64,000 nt of DNA, taken from assembly GCA_024613925.1 (NCBI GenBank), contig GCA_024613925.1_4713.1, one strand, 5' to 3'. Within the stretch, counting starts at the first letter, position 1. The number at the start of each line of letters is the position of its first letter. Shown in pieces: positions 1 through 9,914 of this stretch. The position numbers and the translations under genes were made by a program. The notes below the pieces were generated by a model. It ran no database searches. It saw only the letters and a list, made by a program, of their open reading frames with translations, and had not been told where the DNA came from. This stretch comes from a phage.

Positions 1-41
1 GTAGGGAGGGCATTTATGCCGTCGTTCGATGACTTAATACA

Positions 42-1322
42 TCAGAAACGATTTACAGTACGTCCTGTCCACGCGCTCAGGATGTTGTTACGTTCCATCT
101 CAGCACGACGACGTAAACCGTTTGGCGACTGCGGTGCTTGCGGCATCCCCCATCCAGCCGGTTGCATACCCATGCCCGGCCAAGCAGCGTTATTGAACAT
201 CGTACCGTTACGTTCCGCAACACGGTTCATCAACGCATCAAACGTGCTATTACCTGCCGGTTGGTTACCGCCACTTTCCCACTGATTAGGTTGGACAGGT
301 GCGGTTTTACCTAACAGGTTATCGATCACACTGCTTGTTGCAGCAGGACGCGGTTGCATACCTTCATGTGCGGCTGCTGATGGATTTGGCTTAACCGTCG
401 GCTGTGGACGACTGTTCAGCGTTACACCCATGTTGTATTTCGCTGGCGGAATTTGACCACGATGTTGGTTAATCGGTTCAAAATCCTCGACCCAGGTAAC
501 ATCACAATAACCGTTTTCTTTACCGTCGTACTTATCACCAAACAGTTTGATAAGATTGTTCAGCGGTTCCATCAGCTTCGCGAAGCTGTGGATAAGACAA
601 TCGAAATACGGAGCATGAGGATCGCTTGACCCAGCATTGTACGTTTCGCTTACTTCACCCGCATGCGGGATAACGTACTCGACCAGGTTTCTCAGCATGT
701 TAAGATCTTTCTTGGAAATCTCAACACCACACCAGTACGTTTTCTTATCTTTCGTGCTGATGTGTTCTTCTTCCATGAACGGGAAAGTAACGACCGCAAC
801 GCGAGTCATCTTCTTACCCATGTAGGTTGCACCAGTACGACGAAGATAGATTTTGGACAGCGTATACGGCGTGTCGCGTTTCAGCCAAACAGTGACCAGT
901 TTACCCAGGGTCGTTAATGTTTTATCGCTGGCGTCCGCAAGGATGTTGAAGAACTCTTTTTGCTTCGGTCCGAAACGTTTTGCTTCTTTAGGATTGATTG
1001 CGGTTTCAACCATCCAAATCAGCATGGAGCATAGCGTGGCGTTAAAACGAACAACCATCGCACGACGCAGGAACTGAAGTACTTCCGATTCGCCGTTCAT
1101 CACGTCTTCACTTAGCGGATGGAACAGCACGCGTTCAGCCAGCTGATTTCCGGTACGAACTTCGGAAACCGGCATCAGCAACGGCATGCTTTCCACGGTA
1201 GCGGCAACCGCAACAACTTTACCATCCCCATCCGTAAAACGATATTCTAATTCGTGGGCGTCATTCTCAAAATAGTTAACGCTCTGTAGTGCTTTGCGAT
1301 AAGCTTCGATAAGCTTCGACAT
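42..1322 (-). CDS. hypothetical protein with Gln/Pro/Gly-rich C-terminal region
   Basis: 426-aa ORF; AGGAAA Shine-Dalgarno-like ~7 nt upstream of ATG; TTGACGTAAAG motif and GC hairpin just upstream. Confidence 0.55.
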   Translation of the reverse strand: MSKLIEAYRKALQSVNYFENDAHELEYRFTDGDGKVVAVAATVESMPLLMPVSEVRTGNQLAERVLFHPLSEDVMNGESEVLQFLRRAMVVRFNATLCSMLIWMVETAINPKEAKRFGPKQKEFFNILADASDKTLTTLGKLVTVWLKRDTPYTLSKIYLRRTGATYMGKKMTRVAVVTFPFMEEEHISTKDKKTYWCGVEISKKDLNMLRNLVEYVIPHAGEVSETYNAGSSDPHAPYFDCLIHSFAKLMEPLNNLIKLFGDKYDGKENGYCDVTWVEDFEPINQHRGQIPPAKYNMGVTLNSRPQPTVKPNPSAAAHEGMQPRPAATSSVIDNLLGKTAPVQPNQWESGGNQPAGNSTFDALMNRVAERNGTMFNNAAWPGMGMQPAGWGMPQAPQSPNGLRRRAEMERNNILSAWTGRTVNRF

Positions 1323-1349
1323 ATTGTATTTCCTTTTCTTTACGTCAAC

Positions 1350-1371
1350 GGTCCCCCTACAACAGGGGACC
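1350..1371 (-). terminator. GC-rich hairpin (GGTCCCC..GGGGACC) between consecutive minus-strand genes
   Basis: 7-bp inverted repeat seen in sequence; lies between stop of 1378..2964 and start of 42..1322. Confidence 0.35.
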
Positions 1372-1377
1372 TATGGA

Positions 1378-2964
1378 TTAGAAGTTGCCTTTGGTAGTTA
1401 CCGCATCCACCAGGTTAAACAAATCAACGCTCAGCTTGTACACCTCCTGCTGGCTACGGTTGAGCAGCGGGCTGTATGCAGATGGGTTGATGTTCGGCAT
1501 GGTGTACGGAATCGGTGCAGAACCGTCAACGCTGATCTTGAACTGGCTGTCCAGGAACAGGTTAATCGCGCCGCTCACCATAACCGCATTCGGGTTGTTA
1601 CCCAACATGGAGGGTAGGATATTGGTAATCATGTCAGAACGCATTTGTTCAGCAGCACGGTTACAATCGTATCCTTTAATGAACGGTACAGCGTCGGTAA
1701 CCGCAACAGCCCACTGACCAGGCATGATACCGAGTTCTGGGTGACCGTGGTTGTCAGCAATGAAACGGAACGACTCCAACATGCGATACGTCATCGCAGC
1801 AGGCATCATTGCAGCAAGCGATGAACAGTACAGCGTTGGATAATCGATCACGTCCCAGCTCTGGCTGTCGGTCGGCATCCAACCAAACTCGGTGGTTGCT
1901 GACGTACCGCGACGAGCTTCCACATACGGGAATAACGTTAAGACATCACGGATATGTTCACCAAACATCCGTTTCATGTCAGCCCAACTCAGGCTACCGC
2001 TGAAAGCGAATCCTTCATCACGCATAATCGCACCGAATACCGGATGTGCAACCAGCGGTTCTTCACGAACAGCTTGAGCAGCTTCTACGTAAATATCCTC
2101 GTTCTCTGCGCTACCTGGATGAGACCCGCTTTCGTACGTCTGACGAATAGCTCCAACATTATCGAAGGCTTTTCTTAGATAGATGGTTGGGATGTTCGTA
2201 TCAGCACTAGCTGGTTTGATTTTCTCCGTTGCGAAACACATTGCTGCTTCCACACCACGGAAAACCGGTTCCGGCTGCGGCGGATAGGATGTACGATGAA
2301 CCACGTCAGCGTAGGCGGGATCGAACTGTTGCATCACGTTCTGCATGGCTGGGTCCATGAACTGGTTATCAAAACCACCATTGCCTACCCAACGTGCTGT
2401 TGATGCATAAGTCAGCGTATCCTGAACACGAGTACTGAACTGAACATCACGATTAACAGGGTCGTATGCACCGGTCAACAGGTTCGTTGCATCCATCGGG
2501 GTTGCACGAACGATTTGCTTACCGAACATATCCGTTGTGGTTGTTTCGGTTACCTGGATTACGTTCGTGAAGAAGAACACCAGTTCATTCGGCAGATCGA
2601 TAGCACGCGTTGTAAACGCATCGAGGCTTACAGAATGGTCGGTGTATCCAGAAATGTAATGGACACGCTTGGTTCCTGGTGCGAGGGCCAAGGATTCTTC
2701 TACCGCCATCATGAAATGGAAACGGCGTGTACCCCAACCATTTGCAATCTCCGAAACCCCCTCAGGTTCTGCAGACTGTTGTAACAAACCGGTTGCAAGC
2801 TTGTTGATTGCTGATGGTGTTGTTGCCGTACCGAACCGCGTCGTGTTAATGAAGTCTTCGATGCTACGCATGCTATCTGCGTGGAATCGTAGCGGACGAC
2901 GTTGTACGTTGTTGTACGGTGCGGTTTCAACCATCAGTATTTCACGAACATTCATCGGGATCAT
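1378..2964 (-). CDS. hypothetical protein (possibly virion structural)
   Basis: 528-aa ORF; AGAGGAAAA RBS-like upstream; start abuts stop of upstream gene. Confidence 0.55.
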   Translation of the reverse strand: MIPMNVREILMVETAPYNNVQRRPLRFHADSMRSIEDFINTTRFGTATTPSAINKLATGLLQQSAEPEGVSEIANGWGTRRFHFMMAVEESLALAPGTKRVHYISGYTDHSVSLDAFTTRAIDLPNELVFFFTNVIQVTETTTTDMFGKQIVRATPMDATNLLTGAYDPVNRDVQFSTRVQDTLTYASTARWVGNGGFDNQFMDPAMQNVMQQFDPAYADVVHRTSYPPQPEPVFRGVEAAMCFATEKIKPASADTNIPTIYLRKAFDNVGAIRQTYESGSHPGSAENEDIYVEAAQAVREEPLVAHPVFGAIMRDEGFAFSGSLSWADMKRMFGEHIRDVLTLFPYVEARRGTSATTEFGWMPTDSQSWDVIDYPTLYCSSLAAMMPAAMTYRMLESFRFIADNHGHPELGIMPGQWAVAVTDAVPFIKGYDCNRAAEQMRSDMITNILPSMLGNNPNAVMVSGAINLFLDSQFKISVDGSAPIPYTMPNINPSAYSPLLNRSQQEVYKLSVDLFNLVDAVTTKGNF

Positions 2965-2965
2965 T

Positions 2966-4552
2966 TTATTTTTTTCCTCTTAAATTTACTACGTGTTCAT
3001 TTAATCGAACAACTAATTGCACAAGCTGCTGACGGATATCTGCTGGACAAAGCATCAATCCCTTACGGTCAGCTGGGACTTTCTCAAGGATTTCCGGGCC
3101 TGCTGCTGAAACATCCCAGTCCCATTCACAAAACGCATCGGCCACCATGTTAATACCGACAACCGGTAAAGTTGTACGTTCATCTTCATACATGGCGTGT
3201 GGATACAATTTATTGACAGTAATGATCTCCTGTGGTTTTAATTGGTGGATAATCTGATAAACATCGTCACGTTTAACCTGGATGCCTACGGTCAGCGCTG
3301 CCAGTTGAGGAAAACCCCAATGGTCTAATAAGCAAGCTGCAATCGCTAACGCTTTTGCCTGATGCACGGCTTCAATCGGTGCCAGACTTCTCGCCGGAAG
3401 ATGGCTATCAAGCAACCATTGTGCCAGTGCTCGGCATCCACGGTTGATTGGTTTTAACTCAACGGTGTCATCATGTTTAGCGTACGTGTATCCGTCGTAA
3501 CGTTTTGCGATACGCGCATACATGTCTTCAACTTTACCGTAAGGTGCTGTTTCGTCGACGTCGTGCAACACACGTTCCATCTGGGTAAGATACGCGATAT
3601 CAAGAATGAGTACACGCGGTGAACGTTTATCTTTCACCATCAACGCATCAATCACGCCTTGACTGTCTTCATCTTGCGCGTTCCCTCGTGGGGTTTTCTC
3701 ACGAATCGGTCCACTGAAACGTCGTTCCGTACAAAGGTTATTCACATAGCTAAAGATCAGTGTTACCAGATGCGTACAACTCACCAACACCCCATCTTTA
3801 ACGACAGGCTGTACGGCTTGGTCCAAGTCGCGTACGGCGAGACGACGGACGATGGCTTGTGAACGCAACCAACCGGGCACTTTCTCCGTCGACATGTAAT
3901 CCACGGTCATCGACAGCGTGATCTTTTTATCACCCGTCTGTGCGCGGATATAATCTTCCAGTCGGTCGTAAGCGGCGATATCATGAATGCGTGTTTTATA
4001 CATCAACGACATAGCCACTTCTTCTTTACGGACTGTCCCGTACGTTTTCCCTGCGTCAATCAGAAACTCTGCCCAAATCGGCACCATCAGACGGACGTAG
4101 ATCGCTAACGCCGTTAACTCAACGTAATCATTTCGTAAATAGGTTTTCTCAGGTATGTCATCCTCACCTAATGTTGTTTTCATGTCCGGTGGTAATTTTA
4201 CCCAACCTGGGGTATTACACAACGCCAGAATCTCTTCATACACAACCGGTTTGTAAATTTCACCAACAGCGCGACTCAACTCCTCCATTTGTTGTTGTGG
4301 AGCAATGTAGTTATCCATCGCTTCACGTGCTTTAACGAACCCTTCGAAGATGTCGTCAATTCGACGTGGGTTCTTTTGTTCTATCCAGGCGAGATACTTG
4401 TTAATCTCCCGCATCTGATTACTAGCCATATCCCCATCGATCTTGATATAACCCTGACCTGAAAATTCCACAGTACGTCCATCACGGTGTTTGATGAGGT
4501 AGTGATCCAGCTTTTCTTTTCCTTGCGTCGTAATGACGGGCACTATGTGCAT
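2966..4552 (-). CDS. hypothetical protein
   Basis: Track ORF 2966..4687 shortened to internal ATG (MHIVPV...) preceded by GAGG at ~6 nt; early-promoter motif ~55 nt upstream. Confidence 0.5.
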   Translation of the reverse strand: MHIVPVITTQGKEKLDHYLIKHRDGRTVEFSGQGYIKIDGDMASNQMREINKYLAWIEQKNPRRIDDIFEGFVKAREAMDNYIAPQQQMEELSRAVGEIYKPVVYEEILALCNTPGWVKLPPDMKTTLGEDDIPEKTYLRNDYVELTALAIYVRLMVPIWAEFLIDAGKTYGTVRKEEVAMSLMYKTRIHDIAAYDRLEDYIRAQTGDKKITLSMTVDYMSTEKVPGWLRSQAIVRRLAVRDLDQAVQPVVKDGVLVSCTHLVTLIFSYVNNLCTERRFSGPIREKTPRGNAQDEDSQGVIDALMVKDKRSPRVLILDIAYLTQMERVLHDVDETAPYGKVEDMYARIAKRYDGYTYAKHDDTVELKPINRGCRALAQWLLDSHLPARSLAPIEAVHQAKALAIAACLLDHWGFPQLAALTVGIQVKRDDVYQIIHQLKPQEIITVNKLYPHAMYEDERTTLPVVGINMVADAFCEWDWDVSAAGPEILEKVPADRKGLMLCPADIRQQLVQLVVRLNEHVVNLRGKK

Positions 4553-4599
4553 AACAACCTCTTTTCGCGGTTCCCTGTTAAAACGTCTTCTGTGACGTC

Positions 4600-4625
4600 T
4601 ACCACAAAGGTAATATAAGCGTGAA
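4600..4625 (-). promoter_or_regulatory. early-promoter-like motif (minus-strand TATATTACCTTTGTGG)
   Basis: One of four near-identical copies of ..TATATTACCT(A/T).G..TG preceded by an A/T tract; resembles recalled phiKZ early promoter consensus TATATTAC. Confidence 0.45.
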
Positions 4626-4640
4626 TAATTTTGGATTCCG

Positions 4641-4658
4641 GCTGAGTTATCGCTCAGC
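4641..4658 (-). terminator. hairpin GCTGAG-TTATCG-CTCAGC downstream of gene 4757..5545
   Basis: 6-bp inverted repeat in intergenic region, followed (on minus strand) by the early-promoter motif. Confidence 0.3.
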
Positions 4659-4756
4659 ATGCAAGGCATCCCGCCGAAGCGAGACACCTTGCACTAACGG
4701 AAAATATTCGCGTTACCTTCTGAATCGGAGACTCAGAATGCGATGCTAAAGCATGA

Positions 4757-5545
4757 TTAGAACGCTAAGCCATCAAAGGCTACGGACGGATCATCGTCGT
4801 CATTTGCGCTTGGCGCATCCCAACGGGTATCAGGGGCCGCTGAAGCCGAACTTGATGCGTTAGAGTTACCGTTGTACTGGCCGTTACCAGCATTACGGTT
4901 ACCGCCGCCGTTGTTATTGTTACGGTTATAGCTATTGTTGCCATTACTTACGCTACGGCTTTCACCGTCGAAATTGGTTGCGAGGATGCTCGGCAACACC
5001 GCACGATGAATACGTACAAATTCCAACGCACAGAGCGGAGAAACAACCCCGATCTGTAAAGGTTGACCGGACTCATCAACCAGAGCGTGGAAACGCGGTG
5101 GCTTGAATACGAATTGGATGTTCGGTTTTTGGTACGCGGTTACAGCGATATATACCGAACCATCATCGTTCTTACCAACCCATGTTGTACTTTCGGTAAC
5201 CTGTTTCTTCTTACCTGGGTTATTGCGATCGTCGATAACCTTTTCGTTCTTCATCGCAAAACGTTGGCCTGGTTTACCCTTAGCAACCTGCTCGAGGATC
5301 GCAAGCAGGTTATAGAACGCGTATGAGCTCATGCGTGCCCAAATGCTTTCAGCGCGACCCTGCTGGTCTTTACGACCAGTGTAAACCGTGATACGCGGTT
5401 GATTCTTAGCAACGCTAATTTTCAATGAGGGGATTGAATTACCGCCCTCAACCTTTTCGTCCGCCCACAGTTTCCAGTTGTTGTCGTCATACGCTGTAGG
5501 AATAATGTTTCCTTGTGGTTTACTGCCCGAATTCCAATTGCTCAT
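4757..5545 (-). CDS. hypothetical protein with Asn/Gly-rich low-complexity tail and acidic C-terminus (SSB-like tail?)
   Basis: 262-aa ORF; GAGG RBS 7 nt upstream; C-terminus ...NNNNGGGNRNAGNG...DDDDPSVAFDGLAF reminiscent of SSB linker plus acidic tip, fold not verified. Confidence 0.5.
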   Translation of the reverse strand: MSNWNSGSKPQGNIIPTAYDDNNWKLWADEKVEGGNSIPSLKISVAKNQPRITVYTGRKDQQGRAESIWARMSSYAFYNLLAILEQVAKGKPGQRFAMKNEKVIDDRNNPGKKKQVTESTTWVGKNDDGSVYIAVTAYQKPNIQFVFKPPRFHALVDESGQPLQIGVVSPLCALEFVRIHRAVLPSILATNFDGESRSVSNGNNSYNRNNNNGGGNRNAGNGQYNGNSNASSSASAAPDTRWDAPSANDDDDPSVAFDGLAF

Positions 5546-5618
5546 TTTCAGCCTCGTTACGTAGTGTGAATCAATTTCTGGTTCAGATGATAGTCAATAT
5601 TAGTTAAAAATTACAGCC

Positions 5619-6416
5619 TCAGCGGAACATGTCCAACAGAAAACGTTTTGCGAAGGGGTCACGTAACTGGTTGACACCAAAGCGTGTACGGTCTTCCGTT
5701 GTTAGTGGATTCCATTGACTCTGTTTCGCAAGATCTAATAGCATCCTTTTTATTTTCACCGGCCCACTGTTGAACTGTACGGCTTGGTCACCGAACGTTC
5801 CCAATGTCATCTTTGTAAATGGAAGGTTCGCAACCTCTGGACGATCCCCACCAGTAAGTTTGGTTGACCACTGATGTTTTCGTTTCAAAGTTCCGGTATG
5901 GCTTTCTACCAAAATAAGTTCACCAAAACCGGTTCTTGCCAACAAGTCAGAAACATAGTGCGTGGTGATATACGATGTCTTGGTTATCGCGGGTAATTTA
6001 CAATCCATCGATTCGATATTAGGGAGTCGATCTACAGACGCCATCAACCCACGATAAAGTGTAGCGAGTCCTTTTTGTTTTTCGGTGTGTGGCTCCTTAT
6101 GTATAGCGTGCGGATAAACACGCTTTATTGACGCATAGGTTGGCGCATATATCCGCAAGCGAATATGGGGAACGAGTTCATTCACCAGCTGCCTTAGCTG
6201 TAGTAACTCGTTTTGAAAATCCCCTGTTATCATCGATAATGGTAATTTATGTTGTTCAACGTCTTCAAAGCTTTCAACGAAATTGCGTGCTAAAGTACGC
6301 AGGTTGAACAACCAATCCATCGGTGTTTCTGGCTGTTGCTGTACGGCTGATAATGTTGCAGACGTACCTACCGATAAAGGATAATCACCTAACGTGCGGG
6401 CGTACATATTGCTCAT
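5619..6416 (-). CDS. hypothetical protein
   Basis: Track ORF starts at TTG (6452); internal ATG at 6416 has AAGGAG 9 nt upstream, taken as likely start. Confidence 0.5.
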   Translation of the reverse strand: MSNMYARTLGDYPLSVGTSATLSAVQQQPETPMDWLFNLRTLARNFVESFEDVEQHKLPLSMITGDFQNELLQLRQLVNELVPHIRLRIYAPTYASIKRVYPHAIHKEPHTEKQKGLATLYRGLMASVDRLPNIESMDCKLPAITKTSYITTHYVSDLLARTGFGELILVESHTGTLKRKHQWSTKLTGGDRPEVANLPFTKMTLGTFGDQAVQFNSGPVKIKRMLLDLAKQSQWNPLTTEDRTRFGVNQLRDPFAKRFLLDMFR

Positions 6417-6435
6417 ACCCCACAACTCCTTCTTA

Positions 6436-7578
6436 TCATGGCAACGTATCAAGCCAAGCAGAAACCTTTAAGGCATCAACGTTCGGGTATTTGTTACGAA
6501 TGCGTTCGACCAACAAACGCTTAACGTTGTCCTTTGTCAAGTCTCCACCTTTCTCGATAACGTTATTGACAAAACTGTTCTTTAATAGCGACTGGTTGTT
6601 CTTGGCGTCCGTTTTAATTGACCAGACAAAACCTGGATACAAAGAAGGGATAGAACGAAACGTTTTCGCCGCATCGTCTTCCTTATCACAGCGTATTCGG
6701 ATATGATCACCCTTCTTCAATGGAGCCAATTCCCGTTCCAACACGCGAATGATTTCATCTCCAACAAGACCATGCAGTTTTATCGTCTTGTAGACATCTG
6801 CTTTCTTGTTTTCAACAAATTCCCACTGGTCGTTAAACGTTTCCGTTAACATATAACGGAGGTATCCCTTCGGACCTTCTTCGCCGTGCGCCAAGCGACC
6901 AAATGAACCGCCAACCATGATACGTCCTTTCTGGGATTGTAAGTGGATATGTCCGCTCACAATCCATCCCTGGGTCTTCTCCACCATTGCGTTATACGCA
7001 TCGCTGCTATGAACACATGTTGCTTTTAACGCTTCTGGTGGAAGTTGATATTCAAACGCACCGTGCATCAGAATAAAGTCCGGCGATCCCTTCTCATCAA
7101 TAAGTCGGTTCACGGCCGACAACGTCACATCCGGGTCGTGGCTGTAGTTATCTGGAAGATAAAGTACTTTTAAACCAAAGTCTTCATCAACCATGCAGAG
7201 GTCATCGTAATAACGAACTTTCGCTCCTATCTCCATGACCTCGTTCTGTTCAACGAACCACTGACTTTGCTTCTGGTCGTGTAAATTGGTACCCTCAAGA
7301 AAGATCAATGTAATATCGTGTTTTCTCGCATACCGTAACAACCAGGTACCCCAGGCACGAACAGCAACCACGTCACTCGTCACAAATGTCGTAATACGAT
7401 CGAAGACATCGCCGCTGAACGTAATCACATCAAGCAGCGCAGGATCTTCTTTTGTAATGTAGTAACGTAGCTGACTAATCAGGTTTACTGTCGGCGTTTG
7501 ACGATGGATAAAGTGAATATCCGACAAGTTGATTCCACGTAATACCCCAGGCGTTTTATTTCGACTGAAGTCTCGCAT
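6436..7578 (-). CDS. calcineurin-like metallophosphoesterase (SbcD/Mre11-like nuclease or phosphatase)
   Basis: 380 aa; ordered motifs D-x-H (LSDIHFIH), GDxxD (FSGDVFDR), GxNxHD (EGTNLHD), H (LMHGAF), GHxH (SGHIHLQ) typical of metallophosphatase superfamily. Confidence 0.6.
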   Translation of the reverse strand: MRDFSRNKTPGVLRGINLSDIHFIHRQTPTVNLISQLRYYITKEDPALLDVITFSGDVFDRITTFVTSDVVAVRAWGTWLLRYARKHDITLIFLEGTNLHDQKQSQWFVEQNEVMEIGAKVRYYDDLCMVDEDFGLKVLYLPDNYSHDPDVTLSAVNRLIDEKGSPDFILMHGAFEYQLPPEALKATCVHSSDAYNAMVEKTQGWIVSGHIHLQSQKGRIMVGGSFGRLAHGEEGPKGYLRYMLTETFNDQWEFVENKKADVYKTIKLHGLVGDEIIRVLERELAPLKKGDHIRIRCDKEDDAAKTFRSIPSLYPGFVWSIKTDAKNNQSLLKNSFVNNVIEKGGDLTKDNVKRLLVERIRNKYPNVDALKVSAWLDTLP

Positions 7579-8360
7579 CAGAATTCCTCTAAGTTGCTGC
7601 TGCTAATAGTCCCCGTCGTAGACGGCACGTTTCTACTGCTTGCCGACGCTGTTGTTGAAGAAGTTCTGGCCAGATTCAATCCGTTTAATAACCCACGCTC
7701 TTTTACCGTACGACGTGAACCATCACGAACGTCGTAAAGGGGTACGTTATAATGGTCAAAAATCCGAAGCCATTGCACGTAATCAGCGACAACATGGTCT
7801 TTGCTTTCATTCGGGGCAAAGCGATCAAGCTGGTGGTCGACGTAAGCTTTAGCGCTTTCAGGATTGAAGTTATACTGTCGACGTGCTTTGTCCACCATCG
7901 CGAGGAAACATGTATTGGGGTCACGATTGATGTATGAACGCGTCCTGATAAAGATAGCCGGTACCGTAAACAGAACCTTGTTGTTATTCCCATCAGCAAC
8001 AATGTTAACGGCACGATGCGGTTGACCTGCTATCTTGCACCAATCGTGAACAATGGTACTGTTACTCAGCATCTCCGCGTATTCAGGATCCTGCGAAAAC
8101 ATTCCTGCGAACGGATACAAGAAATGTTTAACAAACAGCGATTCAGGCAGAATGTTGGGACGCGTCATCTCCTGTAAACCTTTTCGTAGAAGCTCGCTGT
8201 TGTCTACCAGCTCCTGCCACATATCCGGTCTTGTTTTCGGGATGGACGGGTCCTGAGCACGACGAATGCGTTCTTCTTCATTTACAACCACTACCCCAGC
8301 CGGATACCCCAATAAATCCGTTCCTTCGCTAACGTTGCTGTTAGTTTGGCGCGCCTTCAT
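7578..8360 (-). CDS. hypothetical protein
   Basis: 260-aa ORF in minus-strand gene array; start not verified. Confidence 0.45.
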   Translation of the reverse strand: MKARQTNSNVSEGTDLLGYPAGVVVVNEEERIRRAQDPSIPKTRPDMWQELVDNSELLRKGLQEMTRPNILPESLFVKHFLYPFAGMFSQDPEYAEMLSNSTIVHDWCKIAGQPHRAVNIVADGNNNKVLFTVPAIFIRTRSYINRDPNTCFLAMVDKARRQYNFNPESAKAYVDHQLDRFAPNESKDHVVADYVQWLRIFDHYNVPLYDVRDGSRRTVKERGLLNGLNLARTSSTTASASSRNVPSTTGTISSSNLEEF

Positions 8361-8748
8361 TTACTTCCTCCTGCCACTTGATAAAATTACCACGCTCGGA
8401 TCGCAGAACACCACCCAGATCGTACGATATACCTTTCTCTGTGACAATCCCACCAATCTGGAGATCGACACGTTCCGTCGTCGGATCGATATACTTGACA
8501 CGGACTTTCAATTCCACGCGATCGTAATAACGCATTAAATAATCATACAGCATCCGGTACGTCGCATCTTCCAATTTGGGTGCGCTATACTGCGATGTTG
8601 CAATGAGGTACGGTAGTGAAACGATAGAGCCTTGATAGCAATACGACTGGGAATAATTCGATATTGCGAAATTGGTCATTAACCCATCCAACTTTTTACC
8701 CGACGCGGTTAAAAAGCTCGACAGCCCAGGTAACGGATTCGATGCCAT
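8341..8748 (-). CDS. hypothetical protein
   Basis: 135-aa ORF; short overlap with upstream gene end. Confidence 0.4.
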   Translation of the reverse strand: MASNPLPGLSSFLTASGKKLDGLMTNFAISNYSQSYCYQGSIVSLPYLIATSQYSAPKLEDATYRMLYDYLMRYYDRVELKVRVKYIDPTTERVDLQIGGIVTEKGISYDLGGVLRSERGNFIKWQEEVNEGAPN

Positions 8749-8761
8749 GAGGAACTCCTCT

Positions 8762-9211
8762 TTAAGCGTAATTCATTCCAACCAATCTATCGTAGTTAGG
8801 CATATGCCCTAACTCCAGTTCGACGGGCATGGATACATTGGTGCGTGGTGCGTAAAATGTTCGCGTATGCATATCGATATACCCACAGTCCAAATAAACA
8901 ATATTGGACAACTCCGCTGGATGTTTAGGTGCGGGAATCTTTAGTCGATTATAACACTCAAGCTGCCACCAGGCATGAAAAAAGTTATTGTAGGCGTACG
9001 ATTTACTGTTGGCAACTTTAAGTCCGTAGATCACCCATAACGCCGCCATGAAGTTGGTTGCGTTAATTCGCATCGGTTGTTCATTATTGAGCATGTACGT
9101 GTAGGTAAACAACGGTGTGTTACCATCACCGAAACGCCCGACTAAGGTATTGTTCGTGTGTTCGACCTCGAAGGAAAAATGCTGGCTGCTATTGCCATCA
9201 AAATGGATCAT
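8762..9211 (-). CDS. hypothetical protein
   Basis: Track ORF 8762..9301 trimmed to ATG (MIHFDG..) preceded by GAGGAG at ~6 nt; track N-terminus overlaps a terminator hairpin. Confidence 0.45.
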   Translation of the reverse strand: MIHFDGNSSQHFSFEVEHTNNTLVGRFGDGNTPLFTYTYMLNNEQPMRINATNFMAALWVIYGLKVANSKSYAYNNFFHAWWQLECYNRLKIPAPKHPAELSNIVYLDCGYIDMHTRTFYAPRTNVSMPVELELGHMPNYDRLVGMNYA

Positions 9212-9288
9212 TCCGTTCTCCTCAAGCTTTTTCATTTCATAGAGTGGTGGAAATTCGTAGAAAGTTACAAAAATAAAAAAGAATGGGC

Positions 9289-9319
9289 AGCCTCTCCCCA
9301 CCCGAAGGTAGGGAGAGGC
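9289..9319 (-). terminator. intrinsic terminator-like hairpin with cUUCGg loop and U-rich tail (minus strand)
   Basis: GCCTCTCCC..GGGAGAGGC inverted repeat; on minus strand loop contains CTTCGG and is followed by TTCTTTTTTATTTTT. Confidence 0.45.
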
Positions 9320-9330
9320 CGCAAATATAT

Positions 9331-9795
9331 TTAAACCAAAGCTGCGATAACGTCGTTAACATTGCGGCCTCGCAACTCTGCCGCTAAACGAATAACTTCA
9401 TCCAGGGAACGGTTTGTACGAATCTTGGCCACTTTCCAATTTTCAGGATACTGTTCGAAGTTAAGCAACCAAGTCATTACCTTTGCTTGTTCCATACCGT
9501 TGAGTTTGATTGTCGTACGCGGATTGGCTTTGAACCACTTCTTGCTCAGCTGTGCCATACGGCGAACAGGGTAAGCGTAAGCGCGAGTCCAGTCTTTAGA
9601 CAGATTGTCGAGTAATTCACAGTAGCTGCTGTCGTAGTCTTTGTTGATACGACGTAATAACCAGTTGGCGGTCATCTGATAAAGTTTATCATCTTCGCGT
9701 AACCGCATACCTGCTACTGCTAAATAAATGATAAGACCTGCGCCCAGGATGAGAGACAGGATAAACAGAATTTGGGTTTCTTGTGCTAAAGTCAT
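9331..9795 (-). CDS. small membrane protein (one hydrophobic helix near N-terminus)
   Basis: ATG with GAGGA 7 nt upstream (MTLAQETQILFILSLILGAGLIIYLAV...); early-promoter motif ~90 nt upstream. Confidence 0.5.
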   Translation of the reverse strand: MTLAQETQILFILSLILGAGLIIYLAVAGMRLREDDKLYQMTANWLLRRINKDYDSSYCELLDNLSKDWTRAYAYPVRRMAQLSKKWFKANPRTTIKLNGMEQAKVMTWLLNFEQYPENWKVAKIRTNRSLDEVIRLAAELRGRNVNDVIAALV

Positions 9796-9879
9796 TTTAC
9801 TATCCTCGGATTTCATTAGGATTTAATTTCCAATATAAGGACTATGTGATATGCCTTATACAGTCGATTGATGTTGTAC

Positions 9880-9905
9880 ATCACCTAAGTAATATAGCCG
9901 TGAAA
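9880..9905 (-). promoter_or_regulatory. early-promoter-like motif (minus-strand GGCTATATTACTTAGGTG)
   Basis: Second copy of conserved TATATTAC-containing ~25-nt motif, upstream of gene 9331..9795. Confidence 0.45.
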
Positions 9906-9914
9906 AATGTTGGA

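Noticed and set aside
16-285. Plus-strand ORF (89 aa) and many similar short ORFs in the track (e.g. 637..825, 1385..1717, 5063..5326, 14011..14586, 35205..35390, 52141..52326)
   Set aside because: They lie entirely inside longer minus- or plus-strand genes in other frames, lack ribosome-binding sites and have low-complexity or Arg/Ser-rich translations; treated as shadow ORFs
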